Source: Verrucomicrobiales bacterium
GTDB lineage: Bacteria > Verrucomicrobiota > Verrucomicrobiia > Verrucomicrobiales > V1-33
NCBI GenBank assembly: GCA_947460575.1
Contig: CANHIJ010000005.1
Coordinates: forward strand, 2,388 to 66,387
Direction of reading: 5' to 3'
DNA length: 64,000 bases
Shown: positions 56,739 to 64,000 of the stretch, one piece after another
How the letters are laid out: the number at the start of each line of letters is the position of its first letter
Numbering within the stretch: the stretch's first letter is position 1
Notes under the pieces: generated by a model
The model's input: the letters and a program-made list of their open reading frames with translations, nothing else
Databases searched by the model: none
Told to the model about the DNA's origin: nothing
Program-made: the position numbers and the translations under genes

Positions 56739-58184
56739 TCAGGGCCCCGGGGGAGGAACCGCCGCAGGAGCAGGGGCGGGCGCAGGGGCGGGCGAGATCC
56801 CCTCCGCGGGCTCGGGCGGCTTCGCCTGGAGGCGGTCCTCCCACTCGTGCAGGGCCACCCCAGCCCCCAGCCCCCCCATCTTTTCGAGCAAATCCAGGCA
56901 GCGCAGCCTCCAGGCAGCGTAGTTAGGGGCCTGGCGCGGTGCGTCGGCCGACGCCGGGAAAATCAGATAGGTGACTTTCAGGTCGCTCACCGGCCGCCGG
57001 TACGGCCCAGCCCCGGGGTCCACTTGGCGGGCCACGCGCAGGCTGGCCTCCCCGACCTTGGTGGTTGGCCCGTAGTCTCCCACCACCGCGGGCAGCAATT
57101 GGTTGCCGCAGATGACCACCGCATAGTCCCCAATCGCCGGAGCCCAGGCATTGCGCCCGGCATAACTTCGCAGCGATGAGGGAATGACGATAAAGGGGTC
57201 CTCCTGGCCGACCAGGTAACTGCGGCGCTTCAGGTCCGCCACCACCCGGGGAATCTCCTCCGTGCGGGCTGTTAGCACAGCCCGCTCCTCCTTGCTCAGC
57301 TTGGGGGCCTGGAGCTTCTCCTGGACCCCGAGGAGCTCCTCCTCTAGCTTGGGGATAACCGGGTTGAGCTGGTCGGTCCGCTTGGGCCACCCATAACTGG
57401 TAGTGGGCTGAAAATGCGACGACTTCAAAATGTAGTCATCGAACGACGGCATCCGGTCCCCATCGCTGCCGTCGGAAACCACGTCCATATCCGCTTGCAT
57501 CAGGAGCATCTTTTGCCCGCTCCCGGGGTGCTCCAGTTCTAACAACGCATCGAGATCGTAAAAGTTGTGTCGGCTCAGCATGCGATCGAGCCGCTTCAGG
57601 TTGGCGGCCACCGCTTTTTCCTTCAAGTCGTAGAGATAGTGATAGAAGCCCGAAACCTTCCCCTGGGCCACCAGGCTCTCCAACTCGGGCAGGAGTTGGC
57701 CCAGTTGAGGATTGAGGGGCAGCAGTTGCGCAAAGCTGGTGGCCGGCTGGGGCACCCGCAGCCTAACAACCATTTCTACCACATAGGCGGCCTCCGAAGC
57801 CCGCTCCTCGGTGGCGGTGCCCCCGGCGCTCGGCACCAGCGAAGTCTTGAACCCAATCCCGCTAAAAAGCGTGCCCAGATCTCCGCCTTGCGGGCTCAGA
57901 GACGGGCCGGTCGGCAAGGCCGGTGGCGCACTCACCACCGGGACCTCGACCCGCTTTTCGACGATGCGCTCGCGCACCACAACCCGCGGGGGCCCCGCCT
58001 CCAGCGGCGGGAAAAGGCGCCGGGAAATCGCTCGCCCGACGCGCTGCCCCGGATCCGTGCCCAGCAGCGCCAAGCCTGCCGCCCCCGCCGCGAGCCATCC
58101 CCAACGCCCCCAACTAGGGGAGCGCCGCCGCAGCGGCCCGCCCGCGCGAAGCGGTGAGGAGGTGTCGAAGGGGTCGTCCTGCAT
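56739..58184 (-). CDS. membrane-anchored protein with GH75 (chitosanase)-like C-terminal domain (tentative)
   Basis: Start MQDDPF (complement 58182-58184) or 9 codons upstream. Contains a TM segment (WGWLAAGAAGLALLG). The C-terminal ADMDVVSDGSDGD ... DPFIVIPSS ... IGDYAVVICGNQLLPAVVGDYGPTTKVGEASLRVA resembles the ADMDIDCDG / YVV.P / GD.A.V...G...YGI.GD.GP...GEAS pattern of GH75. Confidence 0.45.
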   Translation of the reverse strand: MQDDPFDTSSPLRAGGPLRRRSPSWGRWGWLAAGAAGLALLGTDPGQRVGRAISRRLFPPLEAGPPRVVVRERIVEKRVEVPVVSAPPALPTGPSLSPQGGDLGTLFSGIGFKTSLVPSAGGTATEERASEAAYVVEMVVRLRVPQPATSFAQLLPLNPQLGQLLPELESLVAQGKVSGFYHYLYDLKEKAVAANLKRLDRMLSRHNFYDLDALLELEHPGSGQKMLLMQADMDVVSDGSDGDRMPSFDDYILKSSHFQPTTSYGWPKRTDQLNPVIPKLEEELLGVQEKLQAPKLSKEERAVLTARTEEIPRVVADLKRRSYLVGQEDPFIVIPSSLRSYAGRNAWAPAIGDYAVVICGNQLLPAVVGDYGPTTKVGEASLRVARQVDPGAGPYRRPVSDLKVTYLIFPASADAPRQAPNYAAWRLRCLDLLEKMGGLGAGVALHEWEDRLQAKPPEPAEGISPAPAPAPAPAAVPPPGP

Positions 58185-58253
58185 GAAAAAATCTATTTGT
58201 GATGAAAGCACCGTGGCGGCGATCCCGCGGGCCCGCGAGCCAAAAATCGCGCC

Positions 58254-59786
58254 CTAGGGGGGCGCCTTCCGCTCGAGCGAAACGGCCACGGCATTGGCCT
58301 GCGGGGGCCCGGGCGTGCTGCGGCCGTCGCCGACCAACTGCTCCAAGCGGGCCCGGAGGCGGGCCGCGATTTCGGGGTGGGCGGCCGCGGCATTGTGCGC
58401 CTCCGCCGGGTCCGCGGCCAGATTGTAGAGCTGCACCGCGGGGAGTCCCCGCGCCGCCGCCGACCCCGGCGTAGGGGCGCTCCAGCCCCCGGAATCCGCC
58501 GCCAAGAGCAATTTCCAATCTCCTTCGCGCAGCGCAAAGGACCCGTTGATCGAGTGGTGCACCACCGGCGGGCGGGGCGGCGCCTCCGGCCGCTGCTCCA
58601 ACTGCGGCAGCAAGCTCACGCTGTCCTCCCCGGCCTCGGGCGGCAGCGCTTTCCCCAGCCATCCCGCGCAGGTGGCCAAAAGATCCGTTAGGCAAATCGG
58701 GGCCTCCGAACTGCTGCCCGGCGCCACCCGCCCCGGCCAGCGCACCAGAAACGGCACCCGGTGCCCGCCCTCAAAGAGGTCGGCCTTGGCCCCCCGAAAG
58801 CCTCCGCTGACCTGGTGCCCGGCCGCCCGCAGCGCCCCCAAATCCGCCTGCGGAGAGCAGCCGTTGTCGCTGGTGACGATGAACACGGTCTGCCCGCCCA
58901 GGCCCGCCCCATCCACGGCCTCCAGGAGGCGGCCCACGGCGGCATCGGTCTCCATCACGAAATCCGCATAGGCATTGAGCCCGCTGCGCCCCCGCCATTC
59001 CGCGGAGGGCAAGATGGGGGTGTGCGGCGCCGTCAGCGGCAGGTACAGAAAAAACGGCCGCGCCGCGCTCTGCGCTTTGATGAAGGCCTCGGCGCGGGCC
59101 GTCAGCGCCCCCAGCACCTCCCCGGCCTCAAAATCCGCCGCCGCCGGGCCCCGCCGCGTCGCCCCTCCCGCCTTCCCCTCCACCATGGGAAAAGTCTTCT
59201 CCACCTCCGGCAGGCGCGCCACCCGATCGCCCTCCAAATAGGTGTACGGCGCCATGTCCAGCGAGGCCGCGATCCCAAAAAACTGCCCAAACCCCAGCGC
59301 CAGGGGCCCGCCGCCAAAGGGCTTTCGAAAATCTGCCTCCCAGCCCTTCGCCCCCGGCTCGATCCCGTCCGCAAACGCCCCCGCCGAACCCAAGCGCACC
59401 CAGCCGAGCCCGAGGTGCCACTTTCCGATGCAGGCAGTGACATACCCTTCCGCCTGCAAAAAGCTCGCCACCGTCAGCCGCCCGGGTTCAATCAGCGGCG
59501 GACTCATCCCCCCCAGCACGCCCTGCTGCAGGCGCGAGCGCCAAGCGTAGCGCCCCGTCAACACCCCATAGCGCGTCGGCGTGCACACCGCCGAACCCGC
59601 GTGCGCGTCTCCAAAGGACATGCCCTGGGCGCGCAGCCGGTCCATCTGGGGAGTGGCTATTTTACCTTGCGGATTGAGGCAGCGCACATCCCCGTAACCC
59701 AAATCATCCGCGAGGATGTACACCAAGTTCGGCGGCGCCGCCGCGGCCGCTACCAGGGAACACAGCAGGAACAAGATCGGTCGCAT
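58254..59786 (-). CDS. arylsulfatase (formylglycine-dependent sulfatase family)
   Basis: Trimmed to MRPILFLLCSLVAAAAA (ATG complement 59784-59786). Motifs NLVYILADDLGYGD and SAVCTPTRYGVLTGRY (C-x-P-x-R FGly motif). Confidence 0.88.
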   Translation of the reverse strand: MRPILFLLCSLVAAAAAPPNLVYILADDLGYGDVRCLNPQGKIATPQMDRLRAQGMSFGDAHAGSAVCTPTRYGVLTGRYAWRSRLQQGVLGGMSPPLIEPGRLTVASFLQAEGYVTACIGKWHLGLGWVRLGSAGAFADGIEPGAKGWEADFRKPFGGGPLALGFGQFFGIAASLDMAPYTYLEGDRVARLPEVEKTFPMVEGKAGGATRRGPAAADFEAGEVLGALTARAEAFIKAQSAARPFFLYLPLTAPHTPILPSAEWRGRSGLNAYADFVMETDAAVGRLLEAVDGAGLGGQTVFIVTSDNGCSPQADLGALRAAGHQVSGGFRGAKADLFEGGHRVPFLVRWPGRVAPGSSSEAPICLTDLLATCAGWLGKALPPEAGEDSVSLLPQLEQRPEAPPRPPVVHHSINGSFALREGDWKLLLAADSGGWSAPTPGSAAARGLPAVQLYNLAADPAEAHNAAAAHPEIAARLRARLEQLVGDGRSTPGPPQANAVAVSLERKAPP

Positions 59787-59973
59787 CCCTGCTACCAAAC
59801 CGCAAAAAACTCCCCCTGTCACCCGCATTGTCGAAACCCCGCTCTTCCGCGGCCCCACAAAAAGCGCTGGCCATGGCGCCAAAAAAAGGGCACTTCCCTC
59901 TTGGCCCAGTTCTCCCGGGGCCCCGCGCTTCCTCCGCCCCCTTCTCCGCGGCCTCTCCCATCCCATCTCTGCC

Positions 59974-60933
59974 ATGCCCTGCCGCCCTTCTTTCGTCTGC
60001 CGCCGCGCCCTCTCTGGCGGCGCCCTCGCCCTCAGCTTGCTGGCCGCCTCCTGCCGCCTCCCCCACGGCGAGGCCCGGGCCAAGGCCAAGCAGCGCGACC
60101 TCCTCCGCGCCGACTTGGCCCCCGCCGTCCCCCGCGATGGCATCCCCGTAGCCCAGCCGGTCCCCGGGCTGAGCGGCTACGTTTTCAGCCCCCACCTCCC
60201 CGGCCACCACCTGATCGACGCCAGGCGCACCTCCCCAGGGGCCCTGCTGCTCTGCCCCTATACCAAGCGCCCCATGCGCCTGCCCACTTTTCCACCGCCC
60301 CAGCCCCCCAAACCAGCCGCCCCAGTTCCCCAGCGCCCCCCTACCCCGCCCCAATCCCTTTCCATCCGCTGCGCCCTCCCCGCTCCCCTTGCCCCCAGCG
60401 CGGTCCGCATCCCCGGCCGCCCGGGCTTCGTCTACAGCCCCTTCGCCTCCAAAAATCGCCTCGTCGACGTCGCCAACATCGCCCCCGGCGCCGAGGTCAA
60501 ATGCCCCTACACCAAAAAAATCTTCCGCGTCCCCCCCCTCCTGCCCGAGGAACTAGCCCCCCCGCCCGCCGCCGCCCCACCTGCTCCTCCCGAGCCTGCT
60601 CCTCCCGAGCCTGCTCCGGTTAAAACCCCCGAGCCAGCCCCGGCCCCAGCTCCCGAGCCAGCCCCGGCGGAACCGCCAGCCGCGGCGCCGAACCAAGCCG
60701 CCGCGCCGCCCAACGCGCCGCCTGAACCGGCTGCCTCAGCCCCAGCCCCAGCCCCAGCCGCTGCCGCTGCCGCCGCGCCATCCGAACCCGCGCCGGAACC
60801 GGCGCCCGCCGCCCCCGCGCCCGCCGCCCCCGAGTCGGTCGCGCCAAATCCGGCCGCCCCTGCGCCGACCGCCCCCGAGGCCACCCCGCCTGCCGCGGCG
60901 CCCGCTCCGGAGGCGACCCCCCAAGCACCCTAA
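59974..60933 (+). CDS. lipoprotein with two copies of a ~41-aa G(Y/F)V.SP...CPYTK...R.P motif and a long Pro/Ala-rich tail
   Basis: Sequence MPCRPSFVCRRALSGGALALSLLAASC (lipobox, ATG 59974). Motif copies lie at nt 60163-60285 and 60412-60534 (18/41 identical, ungapped). The tail from about nt 60535 is nearly pure P/A/E, with a tandem PPEPA repeat. Confidence 0.65.
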   Translation: MPCRPSFVCRRALSGGALALSLLAASCRLPHGEARAKAKQRDLLRADLAPAVPRDGIPVAQPVPGLSGYVFSPHLPGHHLIDARRTSPGALLLCPYTKRPMRLPTFPPPQPPKPAAPVPQRPPTPPQSLSIRCALPAPLAPSAVRIPGRPGFVYSPFASKNRLVDVANIAPGAEVKCPYTKKIFRVPPLLPEELAPPPAAAPPAPPEPAPPEPAPVKTPEPAPAPAPEPAPAEPPAAAPNQAAAPPNAPPEPAASAPAPAPAAAAAAAPSEPAPEPAPAAPAPAAPESVAPNPAAPAPTAPEATPPAAAPAPEATPQAP

Positions 60934-60947
60934 CGAGAAGCAGCGCC

Positions 60948-62054
60948 TCAGCGCCGCCCGCCCCAGGCGTGGCAGGCCTCGATCCAGCGCTCCATGTGGG
61001 CCGCCCAGGTCAGGGGCAAAACCGTGGCCCGAGCGGCGCTTCCCAGGGCCGCCCGCTCCTCCGAGGCCCGCGCCAGGGCCCAGCGCAACCGCTCGGCCAA
61101 TTCCTCCGCGCTGGAGGGGTCCCGGAGAACCGCGCCGTTCACTCCTTCCCGGACGAATTCGGAGGCCCCATCCGCGGCTGAAATCACCCCGGGCAAGCCA
61201 GACGCCATGCTCTGCAGCACGGTGTTGGCGCAGGCGTCGTAATAGCTCGGGTGGACAAACCAATCCGCCGCTTGGTACCAGGGCCGCAAGTCCGCCCGCC
61301 CCACCTCGCGGACCCGCGCGGCTAAGCCGAGCCGCCAGATGGAGCCGCGCCAGGAGTCGAGGGACTGCCCGGCCACCCAAAGGTGGGCCTGGGGCACCTC
61401 CACCAGGGCCCGCAGCAAAGTGCCGAGGCCCTTGCGCCGATGGTCCAGCGAGGCAAACAAGAGCTGCGGTTCCTCCTCCTTCATGCCCAGGGCACGGCGC
61501 AAGGCGGCGCGGGCCGCCGGGTCCGCCGCGGGCTGCCAGCGCTGCGCGTCCACCGCGGTGTGGATCACCGAAACTCGCTCCGGCGAAACCTGATAGGCTT
61601 CCTCCAGTTCGCCCCGCACCTTAGCGGAATTCACAATGAAGTGCCGGGTCTCTCCGCCCACATAGAGGCGGCGCTCCAGGGCTAATTCTAGCTGATTTTT
61701 CGGCCGGGCGCGCTTCCACCAGGGCAGCATCCGAGAATAATGCCAATGGCAGCCGCCCCCCGCCCGATGCAGGTCCTGCCGCCAGGTGCGCCCAAATCCG
61801 AGCACCGCGTCCACTCCCAAATCCGGCACCAGGGCCGCGCTGCGCTCCGCAAAGCGCGCTAGGGTGCCCCGGCTGCTCAGGCCCGGCGGGATGAGCCGGA
61901 TTTCATCTGCCAAGGCCCGCGCGGCCTCGTCGATGCGGCTCGCCACCAGCACCAACTCGTGCCCCGCCGCGCGCAACTCCCCGGCAAATTCCCCCAAATA
62001 CCCCTCCAGCCCGCCCCCCTTCACAAACTGGTGATAGACCAAGGCCAGCCTCAT
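60948..62054 (-). CDS. GT4-family glycosyltransferase (LPS-core RfaG/WaaG-like)
   Basis: Sequence MRLALVYHQF.KGGGLE.Y......L...GHEV.L...and C-terminal FVHPSYYDACANTVLQSMASGLPGVIS, typical of GT4. The start overlaps the upstream GT2 stop by 4 nt. Confidence 0.75.
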   Translation of the reverse strand: MRLALVYHQFVKGGGLEGYLGEFAGELRAAGHELVLVASRIDEAARALADEIRLIPPGLSSRGTLARFAERSAALVPDLGVDAVLGFGRTWRQDLHRAGGGCHWHYSRMLPWWKRARPKNQLELALERRLYVGGETRHFIVNSAKVRGELEEAYQVSPERVSVIHTAVDAQRWQPAADPAARAALRRALGMKEEEPQLLFASLDHRRKGLGTLLRALVEVPQAHLWVAGQSLDSWRGSIWRLGLAARVREVGRADLRPWYQAADWFVHPSYYDACANTVLQSMASGLPGVISAADGASEFVREGVNGAVLRDPSSAEELAERLRWALARASEERAALGSAARATVLPLTWAAHMERWIEACHAWGGRR

Positions 62055-62845
62055 CCGCCCCCTCCCTCCCTGGGGCCGCGCGGGCCGCCCTGATGCTCGT
62101 GCTCATAGCCCCGGCTGTGCCGCACAAAGGTCTGATAGGCGGTGCTCCACGCTATCCACAGCCCGGGAAACCCATCCAAAAAACCCCGGCGCAAAAAATA
62201 GGCCCTCACAAATCTCCAGCACGGCCGAAATAGGGTCTCCGCCAAGGACCACGCCTTCCCCGCCGCTAGCTGGCGCTTCAAATACTCGTCCGCGAAAATA
62301 TTGATCTTCTCCACGTAGCGCGCCATGGAGGGAAAGGAAAAATGGTAGAGATCTCCCCGGCACGCCCGCACCGGGCCCGCCACCTCCAGCTTGTCGTGCT
62401 CCGGACTCCCCCCCCAGCGCGCCGCCGCCCGGCGCACCAAGCGCAACTTGCGGTCCGGATACCAATCCCCGTGCCGAATCCAGCGCCCCAAAAACCACAC
62501 CAGCCGCGGAAAACTGGCGCCATCGCAGCGCACCGCATCGCCCTCAAAAAAAGCCACCAATTCCGCCCGCATGGCCCCGGAAACCTCCTCGTCCGCGTCC
62601 AGCGCCAACACCCAGGGCTGTCGGCATTGCTCCAGCGCCGCTTGCTTCTGATCCCGGTAGCCCAGCCAATCCTGCCGCAGCCACCGCGCCCCGTGGCGCC
62701 CCGCAATCTCCTCGGTGGCATCCGTCGACCCGCTGTCCATCACCACGATCTCCGACGCCAACCCAGCCACGCTGCCCAAACAGCGCTCCAGATTGGCGGC
62801 CTCATTCAAGGTGATGACACAGACCGATAGCGGAAGCGGAGTCAT
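62051..62845 (-). CDS. GT2-family glycosyltransferase (LPS-core type)
   Basis: Trimmed to MTPLPLSVCVITLNEAANLERCL...VVMDSGSTD...ALDADE (GT2 DxD region). ATG at complement 62843-62845. Confidence 0.75.
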   Translation of the reverse strand: MTPLPLSVCVITLNEAANLERCLGSVAGLASEIVVMDSGSTDATEEIAGRHGARWLRQDWLGYRDQKQAALEQCRQPWVLALDADEEVSGAMRAELVAFFEGDAVRCDGASFPRLVWFLGRWIRHGDWYPDRKLRLVRRAAARWGGSPEHDKLEVAGPVRACRGDLYHFSFPSMARYVEKINIFADEYLKRQLAAGKAWSLAETLFRPCWRFVRAYFLRRGFLDGFPGLWIAWSTAYQTFVRHSRGYEHEHQGGPRGPREGGGG

Positions 62846-62988
62846 GAAATAGTTGGCGAGGTCGGCACCGCCGCTCCCCCTCTTCCCCATGGCCTGCGAT
62901 TCCCCGCCCCGCCAACGGAAAATCGCGGCGCGGCGGTTGACACTCTGCACCCTGGCGCAGAAGTTGACCCTGTCACCCCCCTCCGCCC

Positions 62989-64000
62989 ATGGCTATCCGG
63001 CTCGATAAAGCAATCATAAGAGGTGAGATCACCAACCAAACCCCAGGCCTGGTCACCGGGCGCATCTGGCTCCTGGGACAAGGCGAACCCCTCGAACTCA
63101 CCCTCCAGGGCAACGCCTTGCGCGACCTCGCCGGCTGCCACCTGTCCTTCGAAAATCCCGATCCCCGCCCGGACCCCTCCACCGCCATCGTCGCCACCCA
63201 ACAACACGGCGTCGTCGGCGATATGACCGCTTCCCGCAAATCCCGCATTCCCACCATCAGCCACGAGGAAATGCTCGACTACCTCGAAGCCAAACTCCCC
63301 ATCCCCACCCGCGTCGCCAATACCCTCTACCTCGAGTGGTTCAGCGAACTCAACGGACGCATGGTCATCGAAACCGCCGACTGCCACCTCCGCATCTCCA
63401 TCCCCGATTGGACCATGTCCGCCGAAGCGGAAACCCTCCAAGTCCGCGCCAGCCAAGCCAATTTCCACGCCTACCTCGACTCCATCACCGGCGGCCCCAA
63501 TGCCGACGACGATGAAGAAGAAGAAGAATTTGAAGAAGAGGAAGACGACGACTTCTCCAGCTTGGACGAAGACGAACTCGACGCCGACCCCGCCCTCGCC
63601 CACCAGGACCCCACCAGCGACTCCCTCATCGAGGTCAACATCGAAGCCGAAGACGAACTCCCCCTCGACGAATTCGAGTGGGAACAGGAACTCCGCGAGG
63701 CCGACCGCCGCGCCGAAGCCTACCAAGAAGCCTTCGACCGCTACCGCGAACACCCCCATCGCGAACGCCTCATCGCCGAAGCCATGGGCTGGGAACCCGA
63801 GGAAGTCGAAGAATTCCGCGACGACTGGCAGGACGTCACCGAAAGCCTCCAGGCCCAAGACCCCGACGAAATGCTCGAAAATGCCGGCATGTTCAGCGAA
63901 GACGAAGAGGGCGCCCACCACCCCCTCAGCCGCCGCGCCATGGACTTCGCCCTCCGCCTCCAGCGCGACGCCAAGGCCCGCGGCCTCTTCGAAGGCGACA
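62989..64000 (+). CDS. hypothetical highly acidic protein, 3' end runs off the window
   Basis: Absent from the ORF track (no stop in the window). My translation from ATG 62989 is MAIRLDKAIIRGEITNQTPGLVTGRIWLLGQGEPLELTLQGNALRDLAGCHLSFENPDP...DDDEEEEEFEEEEDDDF...EFEWEQELREADRRAEAYQEAFDRYREHPHRERLIAEAMGW... Third positions are strongly C/G, like other plus-strand genes here. The 359-aa minus-strand ORF over it looks like a shadow ORF. Confidence 0.6.
   Translation, partial: MAIRLDKAIIRGEITNQTPGLVTGRIWLLGQGEPLELTLQGNALRDLAGCHLSFENPDPRPDPSTAIVATQQHGVVGDMTASRKSRIPTISHEEMLDYLEAKLPIPTRVANTLYLEWFSELNGRMVIETADCHLRISIPDWTMSAEAETLQVRASQANFHAYLDSITGGPNADDDEEEEEFEEEEDDDFSSLDEDELDADPALAHQDPTSDSLIEVNIEAEDELPLDEFEWEQELREADRRAEAYQEAFDRYREHPHRERLIAEAMGWEPEEVEEFRDDWQDVTESLQAQDPDEMLENAGMFSEDEEGAHHPLSRRAMDFALRLQRDAKARGLFEGD

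Noticed and set aside
60540-60930. Short tandem repeats (e.g. CCTGCTCCTCCCGAG x2 near 60579-60618; also GCAGGGGCGGGC x2 at about 56771-56800) as a possible CRISPR or VNTR locus.
   Set aside because: They lie inside reading frames and encode Pro/Ala low-complexity segments. There is no repeat-spacer architecture and there are no cas genes.

Overview
High-GC bacterial chromosomal segment, roughly two-thirds G+C by eye. The gene content points to the PVC superphylum (Verrucomicrobiota/Planctomycetota-like): two PSCyt/DUF1549/DUF1553 + DUF1501 pairs, one DUF1552 + DUF1592/1588-type pair, a dehydrogenase/HEAT/heme CxxCH protein, a PEP-CTERM tail, and many Sec/Tat-exported beta-propellers and glycosidase-like proteins. 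I call 47 protein-coding regions (2 cut by the window edges), one orphan PEP-CTERM ORF or remnant, 2 intrinsic terminators, one compound palindromic (MITE/REP-like) repeat cluster and a 76-nt element present twice. I saw no rRNA, tRNA, CRISPR array, transposase, integrase or phage genes. Housekeeping genes are hemL, rlmN, purU, thiS, cca, ptsI, murG, holB, tmk, katG, an HU/IHF protein, a lipid A acyltransferase and LPS-type glycosyltransferases. The most interesting observations are listed here. (1) An IclR regulator is translationally coupled to one 'double-CxxCH giant + Tat partner' module and divergent from a second, different module, with a third module elsewhere; all are families without assigned function. 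(2) A visibly lower-GC, co-directional cluster of exported glycosidase/propeller proteins plus a cytoplasmic YkgJ Cys-cluster protein lies downstream of that module and starts at a palindromic repeat cluster. (3) A 76-nt element occurs twice with identical internal spacing and a coding-like substitution pattern. (4) Two separate loci each pair an intact trypsin-fold/PDZ protease with an adjacent paralogue that has lost its nucleophile or its whole triad. All family assignments come from motif recognition by eye. No database search, GC computation or RNA folding was run.
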